A stretch of 64,000 nucleotides of DNA, from positions 1 to 64,000 of the forward strand of contig JAAOMT010000608.1 of assembly GCA_016748015.1 (NCBI GenBank). Reading direction: 5' to 3'. This stretch comes from Geosiphon pyriformis uo1 (taxonomy: Eukaryota > Fungi > Glomeromycota). Made by a program: the position numbers and the translations under genes. Below are positions 52,276 through 64,000 of the stretch, one piece after another. Numbering within the stretch: the first letter of the stretch is position 1; each line of letters opens with the position of its first letter. Below the pieces are notes generated by a model that was given only the letters and a program-made list of their open reading frames with translations, was not told the origin of the DNA and did not search any database.

Positions 52276-53700
52276 AGTTTTGTTGTTAATAAACACATTC
52301 AAATTTTTTCTTATTATTATATCCTTTACTTAATTCTGCTTAAAAAGATTACTAATAATTTATATTTGAAATTAAATTGAAAAATTATTAACATAAATAC
52401 ATTTAATCTTTTTAATAGCTTATTTACTTGTTTTATAAGACTAGTAAAACCATATTTTAAATTAACAAAACATAAATCCAAATTTTTTAAAATTAGCAGA
52501 TAAGATTTAATGTTTGTAAATGAATTAATATTAAAATAACATTAGAAAAAAACTAACAAACAATATTTTTAATAATTTATGCCAAAGTTTTTTTTAATTA
52601 AAAAAGATAAAATAAACAATAAAAATCTGCTTTTTGGTATATATATGTTTTAAACATAGTTAAATAAGCATAATTGTTTTCTTTTTAATTTAATTAAAAC
52701 TTTTTTAACAGAATTACATTTTATTATAACATGTTAAGAATTTTTGTACTTAAAATAACAAGTCAAAACCAAATTAGTTTAATTTTAAGATTGGCAAATT
52801 TTATTATAGTTTTCTGTTACAAATTAATAAGCTATAATTTAATTAATACTATTTAATCAAATTTTAAAAAAAGCTAATTTTATAACTGTTTTAAAACATT
52901 AACAGAAATCTATTTAACAATTACTTTCTAATTTGTATATATACTTACATACTTTAAATTAGTATTTACTGTAATGTTATTTCTTACAGCCAATTTTTTT
53001 GTTCTGTTTAGATTAAATTCGAACATAAACATTAATTAAATAATCTTTTAGAACTTTAAACGAGTAAAAACTCTTTCAAAATTATTCATTTGGTAAAAAA
53101 AACCTTTTTAATGAATTTCGACTTCTTTTAAGAGCTTTTTTTTTCTACTATTGTCAAATTAATATTCAAAACATAAGACTTTATTGATTTAAACTCAAAT
53201 TTTCTTTTTAAAGACACAAAAAGTAAAACACTTTTTTTATTTAAAGAAAAAAAGAAATCAAAAATATTATTTGTACTTATAGTATTAAAATTAAGCTGTT
53301 TAATAAGCCTTTTTAACAAAAAAACTTGGTATAAATGCTCTAAAAGTTATGTTATCTATTGCTTTAAATACATTTACATTTTTTTATCAATAAAATTAGT
53401 CTCTTTAATATAGCACTTCTCTATGCTCTTAATATTTGATCCTTTACTAATACTACTATGAAAGCTGCCAACTTTACTGTTCCAAGACATAGATTTAGAA
53501 GTTTTGTCAGACTCAACTATTTTCATGTTTAAGCTACCAGCAGAAAAATCTAATATTAATGTCTTAATACCAAGCTTTCTGGCTTTTTTGTCTGCTTTAT
53601 CAGAAATATATTCAGCTTTTTTTGTCTTTTTTATGGTCAGAGAAATACAAGAAAAAGAGTCAGTTCATTTTTTTTTACAAATGGATAAATATTAGTGTAA
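51250..53700 (-). mobile_element. Heavily mutated non-LTR (LINE) retrotransposon relic: ORF1 plus the APE-endonuclease part of ORF2
   Basis: Minus-strand translation with many stops. ORF1-like FYQMNNFERVFTRLKF*KII..., KVIVK*ISVN, FD*IVLIKL*LINL*QKTIIKF. ORF2-like NLI*KVVIYNIK, KQENIIRRDKNINNLVSII, NKLLISILSLYTD, FNTN*KAVFMSI, SSKFFELKLLV. These match LINE proteins as I recall them from glomeromycete genomes once G->A/C->T changes are reversed. Confidence 0.75.
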
Positions 53701-54344
53701 AAATATTTTTATAAATCAATTCATAAAGGAAAGAGTTATATTTAGTTCAAAAATTTTTTTTTTAACATATTTTACTTCATTTACAATTAAGATTTTTGAT
53801 TAATTTAAGTTATTATTATATTTGAATTTGATAAGTCTTAAAAATTAGCAAAATTTATTTTTAAAAATTATAAACAATTTTCCCTTTATGATTATAAATT
53901 CTTTGATTTTGATTTTATAGTTGATATTATTTTTTCATTTTTTTTTTTAAGAAATAAAATTTTTGGTTTAGACTTAGTAATTAATATTATATATTAATTA
54001 CCTTATAACTTGATAAATATTATTAATATTCAGTATATGAGCTTTTAGTTTGATCTCAGAAATAAATGCACAACTTCTATTCAAAAATTGGATTTAGAAA
54101 TAATCAAAAAAGTAACCGTATCACTTTTTGCTCGTTTAAGCATATAGGGTATTTTAGGAAAGTAATCCCCAATTTTGTAAAAGTCTTATTATATTTTTGT
54201 TTAGAAAAATTTATTGCACTTGTAAAGTTTTAGTAAAACTACATAGTTTACTAAGCCAAACAAAAGGATATCAGTCCGCAACATCCTTTGAAGAAAAATT
54301 TTATAATGCTGTCAGGAAGTTGCAATTCCTTAATGATGCTGAGG

Positions 54345-55058
54345 TCATTCTTGATTTTTGATATCACAATGTGATAGGGGCCTAGTGAAAAGAAACTCTG
54401 CAAAAGGCTCATCGATTATATCAGTAGGAGTTTTCTCCGTATTTTCAGGATTTAATATATTCAGAGTATAGCCAAATGTTGCGAATTTTTTTTTCGGTGC
54501 GACACGGATGAGATTAGCAATGCGGGGATTCAATGCATCCATTGTCAGGGTGAAATATGCTGCATTAGAAGTCCATTCGACGCATTTGATGCAAGAAACC
54601 TTCGAATCCGACATAACCTTCATCACGAACGAATATATCATCGTGAAATTTAAATTCTTCTCTTATTGGATAATCTACAGGAAATCTAGATGATGCCTCC
54701 AAAATATCTGAAGCTTCCAAGGGGATGGAAACACTCGTATGTTCGAGTTTCATTGTTGAAAAGCTACCACACATCCTTTTTTCGTTGCCAGACTTAACAA
54801 GGTCCTTCGAGTTTACAATTTCTATTTCTACTGCAAGACTGAGCTCATTTCACGGGTTGACTTCTTCGAATAAGACTATTAAATGTATTTCATATTCCAT
54901 TGGGCCGTGGGTTTTGACGAACCTGGGTCTTTTAGAGTTAATTAAACCTGGCTTCTTCCGTGGCAGCCTTTCTTTCCACTGAGTGTCAAGAAATTTATTT
55001 GTCGTCTAAGCAATGGTTGCTTACGTAATACATCTTCAGAAACGTTCTTCATATCCAT
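54345..55058 (-). pseudogene. Disrupted coding sequence of unknown family
   Basis: GC-richer, coding-like stretch split into overlapping ORF pieces (54942-55166, 54565-54774, 54345-54641) by stops and frameshifts. Confidence 0.35.
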
Positions 55059-58000
55059 GCTCGTATTTTGATAAATAACGATAGGTGAGCGTTTTTTAAT
55101 TTGTACACAAATATGAAGATATAATAAGCTAAACAATGTTTGGGTGGAGAAACGAGGATAGAACAAGATACAAAGGTATATAAGAATTTTTGCATTTCAA
55201 AAAAAGCGAGTGTTATTATAAGTACTGGAAAAAAAGGTAATATTGTCAAGCTACTGGATATTGAGCTAAATTGTAACGAGAAAGCTGCAACATTGGATGA
55301 ATCAACAAAAATTACGTATAGATGATGAATAAGAGGGTGAGATAAAAGCGAGAAATCAGTAATGTTTGTTTTTGAAGTATTTGAATTTTGCGCGTTTATC
55401 AAGAGGCCAAGAATAAGTGGAAATGCAAACGATGAGGTCCTCAGGAAAGCCATTGACAATCGTTATCAGCGCTTAAAGACTTTGGATTCTTTGAAGTGAG
55501 TTCATGAATTTCGTATCTTTCATTATTGTGATTAACTTTGGTTATTTTGGTTGAATTCCCAGATGACCTTTTTTGAGTTCAGAAACAAGCTCGTCGTTCT
55601 TTATTTAAACCTTGAAAAATGTTAATTAAGCAGACAAACTTTTATCGCTCAACGATTGCTATGGAAGAAAAAGGAAAGCTTTATGTTTTCCTTGATTCTT
55701 TTTCGGGGAAAAATTTTAAACGGAATCTCTTGCAAAATTTGATAGAAAAAGCCTTTTTTTTATTCTGGAAAGATAACCATTTTTAATATAACTTTCTTCA
55801 TTTAATTTCTTAAAACTTGAGAAAGGAAAAAGATTTTGATAAAAAGAATAAACAATTCAAAACATTTACTCGTGAATTTCTCTTAAATCATAGATATTTT
55901 TCAAAGACATACATGTTATTCAAAGATTAACGCGTTAAATTTTTAATGGAACTTTCTCTACAGATTAATATTTAGACAACAATAACAGTTCATTGAAAAT
56001 TGGGTTAATAGACTATGAAAAGTTTCCTTTTAAAATCTTAAAAATACAAATTTTATTTCTTTGCTTGTTTTTCCAACTTGACAAAATATAGCTATTTTGA
56101 AAACTTTAGTTTGTTAAACTTTTTTAATTTGGGTTAGTTAATTTTGAATCTACTGTATATTTATAGTAATCGCATTAAAAATAACACAGATATTGAATAT
56201 TAAAATATAAGGTTTTAAACCTGTTCTAAGTAATAAAACTTTCCTTGATTCATGCTGCAGTTTCAAATGCATGTAAATGTATATGATCTATTTTAGTACC
56301 AACTTTATATTCGGGCTTTAAAATAAACCTCAAATTGGGTAGACTTTAAATATCCAAACCTTTTTTATTCTGTTTCAAAATTATTATTTTTCTTTTACCA
56401 TCTTCTTATGTAACAAAAGACAGTTTCACGAAGCTATTAGCTAATTGTTTTTGTTATTATAATTGAAGTTGTAAATCAGTGATTGAAATTTTCTTTATTT
56501 TAAAATTCTTTTAATTTTCCAATAATCTTGGTTTTTAAATGGGGGCTTTTGAAGAAGATTTTTTATAAATGGTATTTTACAACTTTAACCTCAAATAATA
56601 AGGTAGAATCTCGTAAAAAGTACAGAAAAATCAGAAAAAAGTTTTCAAATTTTTTTTTCTGAAATTCATCATTAGGAATTATTTAACAAATTTTCTTTTA
56701 CTAATAAAAAGAAAAATAATTAAAGAAATCAAAATCTGTGAAATTCTTTAAGCTCATAAAAAGTCATAGACTGACAAATTGTTGCTAACAATTCATAACA
56801 AGTCATCATAAAAATTATTAAAATGGGTACAATTAAAATGTAAAAATTGAGTGAATAAAAAAATATTAATTTAATTTTGAAAAAAAAACCGAAAAACGAA
56901 AAAAATAATATTATGACCATCAAGTGCATAGTAGTTAAAAGGTAAAAAAGATAAACATCTTTATTTTCACATGCTGGGAAGAGTTTTCCATATATATTTC
57001 TTCTTCAAACAACTCTAAAATTCCGTGTTTCATAACATTTTTACAAAGATGATTTAATCTCTCTGTGAATTCGTTTTTCTTTTTTCCGTGAGGATCTTTT
57101 TGAGAATCGACGATACCGAAAAAGGATTTTTTGTTGATCAAAAAAACTGGACATCTGTAATTATTGAATTAATCAATCAATCAATCAATCAATCAATCTA
57201 TTAATTAATTTCCTTCTTCATATTAAAAAATTGTTAATAAATATTAATAAATAAATAAATAAAATTTTTGTAAGAAATAATCACTTTTAAAATCTCACAA
57301 TTTCTTGTATATCACAACATAATCATATCATAATATCATTAATTTGATCGGATAATGAGAATTTTAACAAAAGCTTTGCACCCTTTAACTTTTTCTGCTA
57401 TTCAGCCAAAAGAAATAGAAGTTAAAATAATATCAATAGATCTTTTCGGAAGTCAGATCTAATTTAAACGATTGTTATCGATCATGACCATGAATGGAAA
57501 TTAGCTAATGAATAATCCCTTTGTCTATTATAAGTTTAATAATTTAAATTTTTGTACCTAATGTTACTCCGTATGTATCGAAGGGTATCCAAAGTTCCTT
57601 TTTACCTTGTACAGATATTAAAATCTCCGACTAAATTTCCGCTCAATCCTTGCTAAAATAATTTTTTTCGGTATTTTTAGAAACCTGTTTTTTTAACGCG
57701 ACTTCGTATTGTTTTAATTATAATTCTAGAATAGATTCAATCAAGATCTCGAGTTACGGAAAAAATAACTTCGCTTTGATTTACTAATGAGTATTTATAA
57801 CGAAATGTTTCACCAAGAATTATAAAAAAATAAATTTTAAAATAAATTTTTTATAAATTAAATTTCTTAAACCATGAGAATGATAGTTCAAGTACAGTAT
57901 CGAGAAATCTTGTGAGGCTCGTAAATAATTTTTGTTTGTTGTTAATGATGAATGTAATGTCTACAGATTCACTGTATGCAGCTGGTCTTGCAATCTAAAA

Positions 58001-59007
58001 ATAATTCAAATATCCCTTTTAAGTTTATAAAGTCTATCTTTTAAACTTACTTTTCATAAAAAATAATTAGTGTTATAAAAATAATGTAAATTCTTGCATA
58101 ATTAATTTAAGTTTTGAATTATTCTGTTTTTTATCAAATTCTATTTTATTTCTGCTTATTAAAATCGAACTTTTACATTCTAACGAATCAAAAATGACCT
58201 ATGATGAATGAAAATTAAAGGTTGAGTTCAGAGTCGGATGGGAATCAAAAAAGGTTTGATAGATATCACTTGATTAGATTAGATTAAATTAGATTAGATC
58301 TCGGAAAAGGAGTTTCTAACATATTATTATTATTATTATTATTATTATTCGAATAGGTAGTGGATATTAAATAGTAAAAAAAAAATTTTTTAAAAAAGTA
58401 TTATACTCAAATAAAAATCTAAGGTTTCTTTTTGTGTAAAAAATTTTAATTTATGATTAGATTATCAAAAGAATTTAGGTTAAATAATATTCTTAAAGTA
58501 AAGCTATGCCAAGTTGAAGGAATTTGGACTACATTTAATCTTCTTAGTTAATTCTCACAAATGAAAAGTAAAATCAGTATTTTTTGTTGTAATTATTTGC
58601 AAATTAGTATGTTTAAGTCGTAATGGATATTAAATAAAGCTCAAAAAATCAAATTTGAGTTCGAATCTAACAAAAAAATGGAATGAAATCCACAAATTAA
58701 AGATTATCTTTAAGTTTCTAATACTTTAATCAATTAAACATAAAATTAGAAAAAAGATTTTAAAACTTTCTTTTGGTCATTTGATCACAATATTTTTCAT
58801 TTATTTGATGAGCAAATAAATAGGTATCAGTAATCAAGTTATTGTGATACACACCTTCAAATTGAAAAGGAAAATCTGGATATTAAAGAAATCCCTTTCA
58901 AGGAGATCTTCTTAATGAGAGCAGCGATTAAATAAAGCTTTTGTTCAGATATTTCTTTATTTGCAATAACCATTCTCAAATTATTGTTCAGCCCCCAATC
59001 ATTTGTC

Positions 59008-59091
<84 letters not shown>
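59008..59091. repeat. (AAT)n microsatellite
   Basis: Directly visible perfect array. Confidence 0.95.
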
Positions 59092-59092
<1 letters not shown>

Positions 59093-59534
59093 TTTGCTCA
59101 CTTATTAATCACACGACACGAATAGAAGACTCCATGAGATTATTTTGAAAAGTAAAAAAAAAAAAAATAGGAGAAATGAACTTGCTTTTGGAAAAAAAAT
59201 TTTTTTTACAAACAATAAATTTTATATATCTAGGTCAAAAAAAAGAGAATTTTTTAAACCAAACTAAATAAAAATAAAGGTGCATAATCTCTATTAATAA
59301 ATAACGCAAAATAACATACGTCTATGTTTATGGGCTGGGTAAATTATTTCTATAAAGAAAAAATATGATCTTCGTTTTGTGAAAATAAAAAAATTTTTGA
59401 TCGGTTTTTACTATTTACATTCCAACAAATTGAAGACCCATTAAAAAGATAATTATTATTAAAATTTACAGTGATCAGAGAGAGAGTTTTCTAAGTTTAT
59501 ACACCAATTTTTTACGAAAAATTAAAAAAATCTT

Positions 59535-59566
59535 TATTATTATTATCAATTATTATTATTATTATC

Positions 59567-59597
<31 letters not shown>

Positions 59598-59602
59598 GTT
59601 TC

Positions 59603-59633
<31 letters not shown>

Positions 59634-59641
59634 GTATTATT

Positions 59642-59673
<32 letters not shown>
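59535..59673. repeat. Imperfect (TAT)n microsatellite
   Basis: Directly visible array with TAG/TAT variants. Confidence 0.9.
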
Positions 59674-61189
59674 CGAATTTGAAAATCAACTTCGAAAATA
59701 AAACCAAATATGTACATGTATAAAATTTGAAAATTTACCTTTCTGAAAAAACATGATCGAGAGAAAAATTCCATTTAAAGAAAATTTTAATTGTCCTAAA
59801 ATTCTAAATGTGGGATGAATGAATAAAATATTTTAAATTTTTTTAAATTTTTTTTTGTTTTGTTATTATTAAAATTCTAAAAAAAATTTTTAATCACAAA
59901 TAGTTAACTGTCTGGGATAAATTTTTTCAAAAAAAAAAAAAATAAAAAAAAAAAGTTTTGTTTATATAAATATTTCCGATTCCCTCATGATTAGCTTTCA
60001 TTCTTTTGAAACAATTCGACTCCTGAAAATAACCTAAAAATCTTTGATCTCATGGCGTAATCTCTAATCATAATTTTTTTTTCTTGATTTTTTTAATCAA
60101 TCATTATTCAAATAAAATATATTTCATGATTCCGTCACTCCAAATTATTTATATTACTAAACTAATTTTTCATTTTTAGATTGGAAACATGGAGCTTTGA
60201 GATATGTTCAAAACGCGTTTTAGAAGAGATATACATGACATTTTTGCGTAACTTGTTCCAAAAATGATTTCCTATAGGTAGCTTTTTATTTAAAAAATAA
60301 ATAAATACTATTTACCTTAAATCATTTATGAAAAAATAAGGAGTTGAACCAAATATTTGTAAAAATAACTCAAAAAAGGTATAAAAAGTGGATTTTAATT
60401 AAATTCTTAAACCATCCTAAATTTTGATGGTCAAACTTTCTAAGAAGCACTGGTCAATCTTTTTTGTGATTAAAAACGTCTCAAATTCTTAATCCTTCGA
60501 ATCATCAAATAGTTTAGACTATAAACAATAAAATTCTGGGTAAATTTGTCTTTCAAAACCAAAAGTAAAACACTTGGTGCACACATAAAGGGTTAGAATA
60601 TTTTTTTAAAAAAACATGGTCTTTCGGAAAAACAAATCGGACATTCGTAGAAAATCTTGACTCACTATATTCTAGTGAATTCCATAGTTAGGAGCTACAA
60701 TTGGCTTTCACCTTTGAAAGTGTCACCTTTGCATGAGAAAGTTCAATAGATGTACCGAGGATAAAACCCCGATTTATGCAGGAGCCTTTGTTGGTCACAC
60801 AACTTTTATTATCGGACTAACCGAGGAAGTTGTTCTAGGTTCAAAGTTAAATCTTCATTGTTTGTTTTCTCTCTCTTTTTTTTTTTTTTCTCTCTCTCAC
60901 TCTCTCTCACACATAAAATGATTGATTGATAATTAAACGTGGTGATCAACAAAGTTTTTGACCATTATCGGGTTATATGGAAACAAACGCCTGATAAGTA
61001 ATTACAATGGAATAACTGTCACTGTCAAAATGCTTACCGCATATCACTGTCTTTGGTGATTTCTTTTTGCGCATAATTTCATCATCAGCAGCTGTGACAC
61101 CGTTTAGAAACTGTATATTTATTCCCTCTCGCGTCAACTTGCGCGTTTACTACCACGTTCAAAATTCTGAATTAATATATCGAAAAAAA

Positions 61190-63159
61190 ATGTTGTTTTG
61201 CCCAAAGATAGATTTTGCAACGAAAAATATAACCAACAAACCTCCACGGAGTAAATTTTCATACCCTATTTTAGGGGACACGATAAAAATAGTAAAATCA
61301 GCTTGTCTTTGGTCTAAAGGATTATCAAGACAAGGCAACGCAATAAGGGCTCACGTTCGTTACCTTGATGGGACGTTTAAAAAGAAAACTGTATACCATT
61401 TGTCGGGAATGGAAGGAATGCAGGCATTTTACAATCAAGATAATGTATCAAGAGGAAATGTATCCACCATTATTGACCCATATCTTACGGATGGAACAAA
61501 AATTACCGCAAATACGATGAATCAGGAAGAGCATAAAGAGCGGAAAGGTAAGAAATTTTTCACCTGATAAAACGTAGATTTAACTTCTTTTTTTTTAATT
61601 TTTTTAATTTTTTTAATTTTTTTTTTGCTACCAAAAATCAGGTATACTGTTGTCAGCTTTTCATTCACCAAAACATACCCATCATTTCTTAAATGTTCTT
61701 CGCGACATAACGAATCAATTCCATGCCGATATTAAGACGAAAGCCAAAGTTTACAAATATACGACATTTCAGTTTGATTCAATGTTTCGAGATTTTGTGG
61801 CTCGATTTTCAACCCAGTTCCTGTGGAGCCATGAAGCCGATGACGAACTGGTCAAAAAGATAAGAAAAATGACTGGTCATCTTTCAAGTGAGACCTTTAA
61901 ATTTATAACTTGTCAAATTAGTTTCTTTCTAGCAAAAAATAAACAAACTTTTCTGCTCCCAAAATTGTAAACATTAAATATAGGCTTTCGTCCAGCAAGC
62001 GTGCCGTTTTCACCGTTTAAAAGAGGACTTGCTATTGCAAAAGAATTGCGAGATTTTTCACACGGCAGATTGGCCGAGCATCGTGCAGAGCCAGATAAAT
62101 TCACGGATACAATGAAATATTTAATGACGGCTCAGCCTCCATTAGCCAATGACGCTATCGTAATGGAATTAAATAATATGTTAATATCATTACAACAGGT
62201 GGCAACAGCCTTTTCGGCTGCAGTTATATCAATACTTAAAAGCAAGAAAACAGGTAATTATCAATTTCTGTTTAAAAATTAATACACTTCTTTTAAGTTC
62301 CTAACATGAAATTTTTTTCATGGAATATGTTGACGATACAGCTCTCTACAATAAGATCATGGTCGAGTTAGAGCAAAATCAAAACATAATAAATTCGAGA
62401 CGAGATGATGCCTGGATGCACATCAATATTGAATCAAAATTTCCAAATTTAACCAATGCCATAAAAGAGGCTTTCCGATTATTTCCGGTTAACCCCCTTC
62501 AAATCGGTATGTTTTCATAATCGTGGCTTGAAACTTTCTCAAGTTAACCTGACAAACAAACTATTTCACTTGTATTCAATAGGAACTTCTTCAAGAGATT
62601 TTTGGGTTGATGGGTATCGGATACCTAAAGGCAAAATAGTTGTTGGAGGGCTTTGGGCAACAGGTAATTAATATGGGTTGTTGAAAAATTTTCTTTTCCT
62701 AAAGGAAAACCTCTCTAATTTCCCTTTTCCTTCATTATCCCGATCAGGCTTTGATTATAACCTTTACAAAGATCCCGAGGGTTATCGACCAGATCGATAT
62801 AAAATGCAAGATTTGACCACAGAAAAGGGTATCGACTGGAGTCCATTTGGTTGTGGGTATAGTGCCAGAACACATCGATGGTAAGCTTATTAATTTTGAG
62901 AAACACAAATACAGACAATTTTTGAATAAAAAAACTAAATGACAATCTCTTCCTATTTTCTGGCATTAGTCCTGGACAATCAATAGTACTTAATGTCTGC
63001 ACATATTTGATCGCTCGTTTACTTTCCGATTTTGATCTGGAGTTAACAAGTCCCAAACAAGATTTTGATTATCATAAAATATTTCCCTCACCCCAGGATG
63101 GGTTACCATTGGATATAAAGATTCGACCTTTAGAAAAAGTTGGAATCTTGATCGGATGA
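61190..63159 (+). CDS. Atypical soluble cytochrome P450, CYP152 (fatty-acid peroxygenase)-like
   Basis: Exons 61190-61547, 61642-61887, 61984-62253, 62342-62506, 62583-62663, 62748-62880 and 62970-63159; all introns GT-AG with frame kept. ExxR (KEAFRLFP), PERF-like (YRPDRY), heme motif PFGCGYSARTHRCPG. Confidence 0.88.
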
Positions 63160-64000
63160 ATAGGCAGACCAATCGTTTATCTTTGTAAAATAGTGATCAA
63201 ATTATCGTGTGGTACGGCCAGGTCTTTTTCTTTGTTTTCCCAATAAAAGAGAGTCATTTCTATGATATTGTATATTAATCTATATTTTAGTGTATTGCAA
63301 ATATTTTATTTGTATTTTATCCTTTATAATTATGTATCTTCAAAAAATATTATTAGTTATTTAATTTTGAAATGTGGAATAGGACTCTTTTTAACATGAA
63401 GTTTTAAAGGCCAATGTTTAAAACGAGATCATTTGTAATCTATGCTGGGTGATAATTTTAATTGAATATTTTTATTTACTTATTTTTCCATTAAGCCAAA
63501 ATTGAGATAAAGATATTAAATCCAATCCATAAAATTGGGAGAGCCCAAGAACAAAAATTTAGGAATAATTTGACAAGAAAAATTTATTTCTACAATGAGA
63601 TTTTTAAATCATTCTTATGGGGCTTACGAATTGGAACCATTGGACAGGTTGATGGCTGAAGCATGTGAGATATTATTAAAAAAAATTAAATTAGATTCGA
63701 AAATTAAATCTACATTCTGTAGTTTTCTCATTAATTTTATTGGCAGAAATATAAAACCATATTTGTAACACCCAAAATGAGTGAAAATCGATGACATGTA
63801 CAAAAATTTTATTATCAAAAACTTTTTTTTTTGTTTCTTAGAGATGGTATGCAAAATATAAAATTCCCAACCACTACATCACTTTAGTTATCTCTTTCTT
63901 TTAGTTTATCTCTTTCTTTTAATTCTTTCTTTCTTTTTTATTTATTTCTTTCTTTTAGTTATATATTTCTTTAAAATTAATTCTCAAATAATATTTTTTG

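Noticed and set aside
56729-57141. Two short minus-strand ORFs
   Set aside because: No recognisable domain or splice structure; probably decayed fragments.
57892-57976. TACAGT...ACTGTA as a possible MITE
   Set aside because: Inverted match is only 6 bp.
615-63159. Possible lipid/oxylipin gene cluster (lipases, oxidoreductase, CFA-like methyltransferase, P450)
   Set aside because: Genes are scattered over 60 kb among unrelated housekeeping genes, and the lipases lack catalytic residues.
1-64000. CRISPR arrays, tRNA/rRNA genes, telomeric repeats
   Set aside because: None recognised by eye; the repeats present are simple microsatellites. tRNAscan/Rfam were not run.

Overview
Intron-rich, very AT-rich eukaryotic DNA from a fungus, most likely Glomeromycotina. 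The multiple lipase-class-3-like genes and the type of decayed LINE suggest Geosiphon pyriformis or a relative; this is inference, not a database result. About 17 spliced genes alternate with extremely AT-rich islands of decayed repeats. Ordinary genes: an MDR quinone oxidoreductase, a UNC93-like MFS transporter (with an artefactual 1056-bp duplication across a 20-N gap), a PH+LRR protein, a DMAC1/DUF4536-like protein, a coclaurine-N-methyltransferase/CFA-like SAM methyltransferase, an FlbA/Sst2 RGS protein and an NTF2-like protein. Notable items: (1) a head-to-tail paralog pair of a NucS/RecB-type PD-(D/E)xK nuclease and a catalytically dead copy, both with C-terminal coiled coils; (2) a soluble P450 resembling bacterial CYP152 peroxygenases, with six introns and no Arg-Pro motif; (3) three secreted or anchored lipase-fold proteins lacking the catalytic Ser, plus a secreted SOD1-fold-like protein lacking metal ligands; (4) a LINE relic destroyed by C->T/G->A transitions and a Tc1 (DD34E) element at an early stage of the same process, suggesting RIP-like hypermutation. 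No rRNA, tRNA or CRISPR array was recognised.
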